From Betaproteobacteria bacterium (GTDB lineage Bacteria; Pseudomonadota; Gammaproteobacteria; Burkholderiales; JACQAP01): DNA of 44,806 bases. How positions within the stretch are numbered: position 1 is the stretch's first letter; each line of letters starts with the position of its first letter. This document shows positions 40,936 to 44,806 of this stretch, piece after piece. Position numbers and translations under genes: made by a program. The DNA is taken from NCBI GenBank assembly GCA_025357235.1, contig JANXPQ010000528.1:1-44806 (forward strand), written 5' to 3'. The notes beneath the pieces were generated by a model. It worked only from the letters and a program-made list of their open reading frames with translations, did no database searches and had not been told where the DNA came from.

Positions 40936-41976
40936 ATGATCGAAACCGACCGCCTGATCACGCCCGCCCCGCAGTCGACGCAGGAGGAAGCGCTCGAGAG
41001 GGCTCTGCGTCCCAAGCAGCTCGAAGAATACATCGGCCAGGAAAAGATCCGCGGCCAGCTCCAGATCTTCATCGAGGCCGCCCGGAATCGCGGCGAGGCC
41101 CTCGACCATGTGCTGCTGTTCGGCCCGCCCGGATTGGGCAAGACGACGCTGGCGCACATCATTGCCAGGGAAATGGGCGTCAATCTGCGGCAGACCTCGG
41201 GCCCGGTGCTGGAACGCCCCGGCGACCTCGCGGCGCTGCTCACCAACCTCGAACCAAACGACGTTTTGTTTATCGACGAGATCCACCGGTTGTCGCCGGT
41301 CGTCGAGGAAATCCTCTATCCCGCACTGGAAGATTTCCAGCTCGACATCATGATCGGCGAAGGTCCGGCCGCGCGCTCGGTCAAACTCGACCTGCCGCCG
41401 TTCACGCTGATCGGTGCCACCACCCGCGCCGGCATGCTGACCAACCCGCTGCGCGACCGCTTCGGCATCGTTTCGCGCCTCGAATTCTATTCATCCGCCG
41501 AACTCACGCGCATCGTCCAGCGCTCGGCCGGCCTGCTGAACGTGGAGACCTCGCCGGAAGGCGCCATGGAGATTGCATCGCGTTCGCGCGGTACGCCGCG
41601 CATATCGAACCGGCTGCTGCGCCGCGTGCGCGACTTCGCGCAAGTAAAGGCGCAGGGACGCATCGACCGGGAGATCGCGGATGCGGCCCTGAAGATGCTG
41701 GATGTGGACCGCATCGGGCTCGACGTGATGGATCGCAAGCTTCTGCTCGCCGTAGTGGAAAAATTCGGTGGCGGGCCGGTCGGCATAGACAACCTGGCCG
41801 CAGCCATCGGCGAAGAGCGCGATACCATCGAAGACGTGCTCGAACCTTTCCTGATCCAGCAGGGTTACCTGCAGCGCACGCCGCGCGGACGCATGGCCAC
41901 CGCATCGACTTACCGGCATTTCGGCCTCGCCGTGCCCTCGCCATCGGGCAACGCCGAGCTCTGGCGGGAGAATTAA
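40936..41976 (+). CDS. ruvB: Holliday junction branch migration DNA helicase RuvB
   Basis: Motifs [15 protein letters not shown], Walker [12 protein letters not shown] and Walker [10 protein letters not shown] are present. The 40843 extension is rejected. Confidence 0.96.
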   Translation: MIETDRLITPAPQSTQEEALERALRPKQLEEYIGQEKIRGQLQIFIEAARNRGEALDHVLLFGPPGLGKTTLAHIIAREMGVNLRQTSGPVLERPGDLAALLTNLEPNDVLFIDEIHRLSPVVEEILYPALEDFQLDIMIGEGPAARSVKLDLPPFTLIGATTRAGMLTNPLRDRFGIVSRLEFYSSAELTRIVQRSAGLLNVETSPEGAMEIASRSRGTPRISNRLLRRVRDFAQVKAQGRIDREIADAALKMLDVDRIGLDVMDRKLLLAVVEKFGGGPVGIDNLAAAIGEERDTIEDVLEPFLIQQGYLQRTPRGRMATASTYRHFGLAVPSPSGNAELWREN

Positions 41977-41995
41977 GATCGAGTTCGAGATTCCA

Positions 41996-42436
41996 GTGCG
42001 CGTGTATTACCAGGACACCGATGCCGGCGGGGTGGTATTCCACGCGACCTATCTGGATTTTCTCGAGCGTGCGCGCATGGAGTGGATGCGCGCGCGGGGA
42101 TTCGATGCAAGGGAACTCGCCGGCCGATTCCGGCTCGTATTCATCGTCAGGCAGCTGCAGGTCGCTTATATCAAACCTGCCGTGCTCGATGATCTGTTGA
42201 CGGTCAGCGCGGCGGTGGAAAAAATGGGCCGCGCCCAGGTGACGTTTGCCCAGGAGGTCCGGCGCGGCGACGAAATACTGATGCGCGCCGCAGTCAACGT
42301 CGCTTGCGTCGGGGCGGATGATCTGAAGCCGATGCCGTTCCCGGAGGAAATCCGCCTGTCATTGGCGGAAGGGACAATGGCGGCGACTGAAATAATCCGG
42401 GCCGGTCAACCCCGCCGGCACCTTAACCGCGTTTAG
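41996..42436 (+). CDS. ybgC: tol-pal-associated acyl-CoA thioesterase YbgC
   Basis: The hotdog motif RVYYQDTDAGGVVFHATY is present. GTG 41996 gives an N-terminus about 8 aa shorter than usual. The frame is open back into the ruvB 3' end, and the only start-like codons between the ruvB stop region and 41996 are non-canonical (ATT 41972, ATC 41978). Confidence 0.85.
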   Translation: MRVYYQDTDAGGVVFHATYLDFLERARMEWMRARGFDARELAGRFRLVFIVRQLQVAYIKPAVLDDLLTVSAAVEKMGRAQVTFAQEVRRGDEILMRAAVNVACVGADDLKPMPFPEEIRLSLAEGTMAATEIIRAGQPRRHLNRV

Positions 42437-42455
42437 AGGACTGCACACAACAACC

Positions 42456-43190
42456 ATGAACGTATCCCAAGACCTTTCCCTGATCAGCCTGATCGGCAAC
42501 GCCAGCGTGCTGGTGCAGCTGGTATTGGCGCTGCTGCTGCTGGTGTCGATGATTTCGTGGTGGTTCATCTTCCGCAAGATGTTCGTGGTCCGCGATGCGA
42601 TGCGCCGCACCGACCAGTTCGAGCGCAGCTTCTGGAGCGGCGCCGACTTGGGCACGCTCTACCAGGCGGCCGCGGGTGCGCGCCACAACGCGGGGAGCAT
42701 GGAGCGCATTTTCGAATCCGGATTCCGCGAATTCGTGAAGCTGCGCAAACAAAGCGGAACCAGCCTCGGCATGATCATGGACGGGACGCGCCGGGCCATG
42801 CGCGCCACCTATCAGCGCGAGCTCGACCATCTGGAAGCGCACCTGTCGTTCCTGGCAACGGTCGGTTCGGTCAGCCCTTATGTCGGCCTGTTCGGCACGG
42901 TGTGGGGCATCATGAATGCATTTCGCGGGCTGGCGAATGTCGGCCAGGCCACCCTTGCCCACGTGGCGCCGGGCATTGCCGAAGCGCTGGTCGCGACGGC
43001 GATGGGCCTGTTCGCGGCTATTCCCGCGGTGATCGCCTTCAACCATTTCGTGCGACACATAGAACGCCTGTCGACCCGCTTCGACAGCTTCATGGAAGAG
43101 TTCTCCAACATCCTGCAGCGTCAGGCCAACACGCCGCCGCAGACGGCAACCGGGCAGGCGGCCGGCCATGCCGCCATGAACGCAAGCTGA
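42456..43190 (+). CDS. tolQ: Tol-Pal system protein TolQ
   Basis: It belongs to the MotA/TolQ/ExbB family, with SPYVGLFGTVWGIMNAF and APGIAEALVATAMGL motifs. Confidence 0.93.
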   Translation: MNVSQDLSLISLIGNASVLVQLVLALLLLVSMISWWFIFRKMFVVRDAMRRTDQFERSFWSGADLGTLYQAAAGARHNAGSMERIFESGFREFVKLRKQSGTSLGMIMDGTRRAMRATYQRELDHLEAHLSFLATVGSVSPYVGLFGTVWGIMNAFRGLANVGQATLAHVAPGIAEALVATAMGLFAAIPAVIAFNHFVRHIERLSTRFDSFMEEFSNILQRQANTPPQTATGQAAGHAAMNAS

Positions 43191-43197
43191 TCCGGCC

Positions 43198-43623
43198 ATG
43201 GCCACCAACCGCCGGCGCCATCCGCGCCTGATGAACCAGATCAACGTCGTGCCTTACATCGACGTGATGCTGGTCCTGCTGGTGATCTTCATGGTGACGG
43301 CGCCGCTGATGAATCCCGGCGTGATCGATCTGCCGAGCATCGGCAAGAGTTCGGCGCCGCCGGCGCTGCCGATCGAGATCTCCATCCGTGTCGGCGGCGC
43401 GCTGTCGCTGACCGACCGCGATGTGTCGGGTGCGGAGCGGCCGGTCAATCGTGACGAACTGATCAAGCTGATCCGCAGCAAGCAGGCGAAAAAGCCCGAT
43501 CAGCCGGTGGTCATTTCCGCGGACAAGGATGTGAAGTACGAGGCCGTGATCCAGGTCATGGACCTGTTGCAGCAGAATCAGGTCAAGCGCGTCGGGCTGC
43601 TGGCCAAGCCGCGTTCGGGGTGA
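43198..43623 (+). CDS. tolR: Tol-Pal system protein TolR
   Basis: It belongs to the ExbD/TolR family, with the motif MNQINVVPYIDVMLVLLVIFMV. Confidence 0.92.
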   Translation: MATNRRRHPRLMNQINVVPYIDVMLVLLVIFMVTAPLMNPGVIDLPSIGKSSAPPALPIEISIRVGGALSLTDRDVSGAERPVNRDELIKLIRSKQAKKPDQPVVISADKDVKYEAVIQVMDLLQQNQVKRVGLLAKPRSG

Positions 43624-44627
43624 GATTGCGCACGGTTGACGAACCCGGCCGCGTTGCCTCGGGCGCACTGGCAGTCCTGGTGCACCTGATGTTTTTCGGA
43701 CTGCTCGTATTTGGCGTCAGCTGGCAGAAAAAAGTCGCCAGCCCGATCGTGGTCGACCTGTGGCAGGACCTGCCCGAGCCGTCGAAGAAGGTTGCGCTGC
43801 CGCCGGAACCGCCAAAGCCTCTGCCGAAGCCGGTGCTGCAGCCACCGAAGCCGGTGCCGGAAGTCAGGAAGGAGCCGCCCCCGCCGCCTCCGGCGCCCAA
43901 GGTGGAGGCGCCGAAACCGTCGGCTGCGGATATCGAGCTGAAGGAGAAATTGCGCAAGCAGAAGGAAGAGGAAGCGGCGCAGCGCGAAGAGCAGAAGAAG
44001 GCCGAGGCGGAGCACAAGGAAGAACAGAAGAAAGCGGAACTGGAAAAGCGCAAGCTGGACGAAGAGCAGCGCAAGGCGGCCGAGGAACAAAAGCGCGAGG
44101 AAGCGGAGCAAAAGCGCGCCGAGCAGGAAAAGCTGCGCAACGAAGACGATGCCCGGCGCGCCGAGGAGCACAAACGCACCGAAGAGCTAAAGCGCGTAGA
44201 AGAGGCAAAGCGGGAAGAGGAGCGCAAACAGCACGAGATCGCCATGGAGCGCGATCGCCAGCAGAAGGAAGCCGCGCGCAAGGTGCGCGAAGCGGATGAG
44301 GCTAAGCACAAGGCGGAAGCCGCCGCGCGCGCCGCCCAGCAAAAGGTCATCGACGACTGGCGGGCGCGCATCCAGCTCAAGATCAAAGGCCGGGTCGTGA
44401 TGCCGCCGAATGTGGAAGGCAATCCCGAAGCCCGCTTCGAGGTCGTCTTGTTACCGGGAGGGGGAGTATTTAGTGCAAACCTGAAGAAATCGAGCGGCAA
44501 TCCGGTTTACGACGCAGCCGTGGAACGCGCCATCATGGCGGCGCAACCGCTGCCGGTACCGACCGACACCGACCTGTTCCAGGAATATTTTCGGGAACTC
44601 AATCTGGTTTTTCGACCCAAAGACTGA
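43620..44627 (+). CDS. tolA: cell envelope integrity protein TolA
   Basis: An N-terminal TM helix is followed by a Pro-rich linker (PEPPKPLPKPVLQPPKPVP). A long Glu/Lys/Ala-rich repetitive helical domain spans about 43930-44340. The C-terminal domain is TonB/TolA-like. The GTG start overlaps the tolR stop. Confidence 0.88.
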   Translation: MRLRTVDEPGRVASGALAVLVHLMFFGLLVFGVSWQKKVASPIVVDLWQDLPEPSKKVALPPEPPKPLPKPVLQPPKPVPEVRKEPPPPPPAPKVEAPKPSAADIELKEKLRKQKEEEAAQREEQKKAEAEHKEEQKKAELEKRKLDEEQRKAAEEQKREEAEQKRAEQEKLRNEDDARRAEEHKRTEELKRVEEAKREEERKQHEIAMERDRQQKEAARKVREADEAKHKAEAAARAAQQKVIDDWRARIQLKIKGRVVMPPNVEGNPEARFEVVLLPGGGVFSANLKKSSGNPVYDAAVERAIMAAQPLPVPTDTDLFQEYFRELNLVFRPKD

Positions 44628-44630
44628 GCG

Positions 44631-44806
44631 ATGTCAAACTTAAGCCTGCCTTCATATCCATCCTTCATGCCGCCTTTCCTGTCCAGGTCGCGCTTGTTCG
44701 CCTGGGGCATGACCGCCGCATTGCTGTTGTGCGTGGTCTGCGGCCGGGCCGCGGCCGGGCCGATCGCCATCGAAATCATCGGCGGGGGCGCCAACCAGAT
44801 CCCGAT
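44631..44806 (+). CDS. tolB: Tol-Pal system beta-propeller protein TolB, N-terminal fragment cut by the window end
   Basis: This ORF is not in the track because it has no stop. The frame is open from ATG 44631 (MSNLSLPS...LLLCVVCGRAAAGPIAIEIIGGGANQIP). It has a signal peptide and the typical TolB start I.IEI.GG, located after tolA. Confidence 0.8.
   Translation, partial: MSNLSLPSYPSFMPPFLSRSRLFAWGMTAALLLCVVCGRAAAGPIAIEIIGGGANQIP

Noticed and set aside
43930-44340. Highly repetitive GAAGA/GCGCAA-rich DNA that could look like a tandem repeat or array.
   Set aside because: It is the in-frame Glu/Lys/Ala-rich helical domain II of TolA (EEQKKAEAE... repeats). This is coding low complexity, not a CRISPR or satellite.

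Overview
This is a high-GC, gene-dense chromosomal backbone segment with betaproteobacterial-type gene order. I call about 56 CDS and one tRNA-Gln, almost all housekeeping. In order, the window holds: bioF (5' truncated)-bioC-bioD; a 14-gene aa3/caa3 cytochrome c oxidase block (DUF2244, coxB, coxA, a 37-aa ORF, ctaG, DUF2970, coxC, DUF2909, SURF1, a Sco-like ORF, ctaA, ctaB, sco); rpoH and ftsX-ftsE-ftsY on the minus strand; an M16 peptidase pair; rsmD-coaD-ferredoxin; a PQQ dehydrogenase / small cytochrome c / MoxJ-like binding protein trio (minus); mutM; a four-gene GldG-type ABC exporter operon (minus); TPR-lolB-ispE-tRNA-Gln-prs-rplY-pth-ychF; an EamA transporter and a DUF853 ATPase (minus); yebC-ruvC-ruvA-(orphan gene)-ruvB; and ybgC-tolQ-tolR-tolA-tolB (3' truncated). 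Many gene junctions are ATGA/GTGA/TTGA start-stop overlaps, which suggests translational coupling. I found no transposase, integrase, CRISPR array, toxin-antitoxin pair or recognisable defence island, and no convincing evidence for a brand-new multi-gene system. The best candidates for follow-up are: (1) a PQQ dehydrogenase that carries the lanthanide-type Asp signature but lacks the vicinal Cys-Cys motif; (2) heptanucleotide repeat structures at the bioC/bioD junction and between pth and ychF; (3) an orphan secreted protein with its own promoter-like signals inserted between ruvA and ruvB; (4) a divergent CxxxC Sco-like ORF overlapping SURF1. All product calls come from motif recognition by eye in the supplied translations. 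No database search was run.
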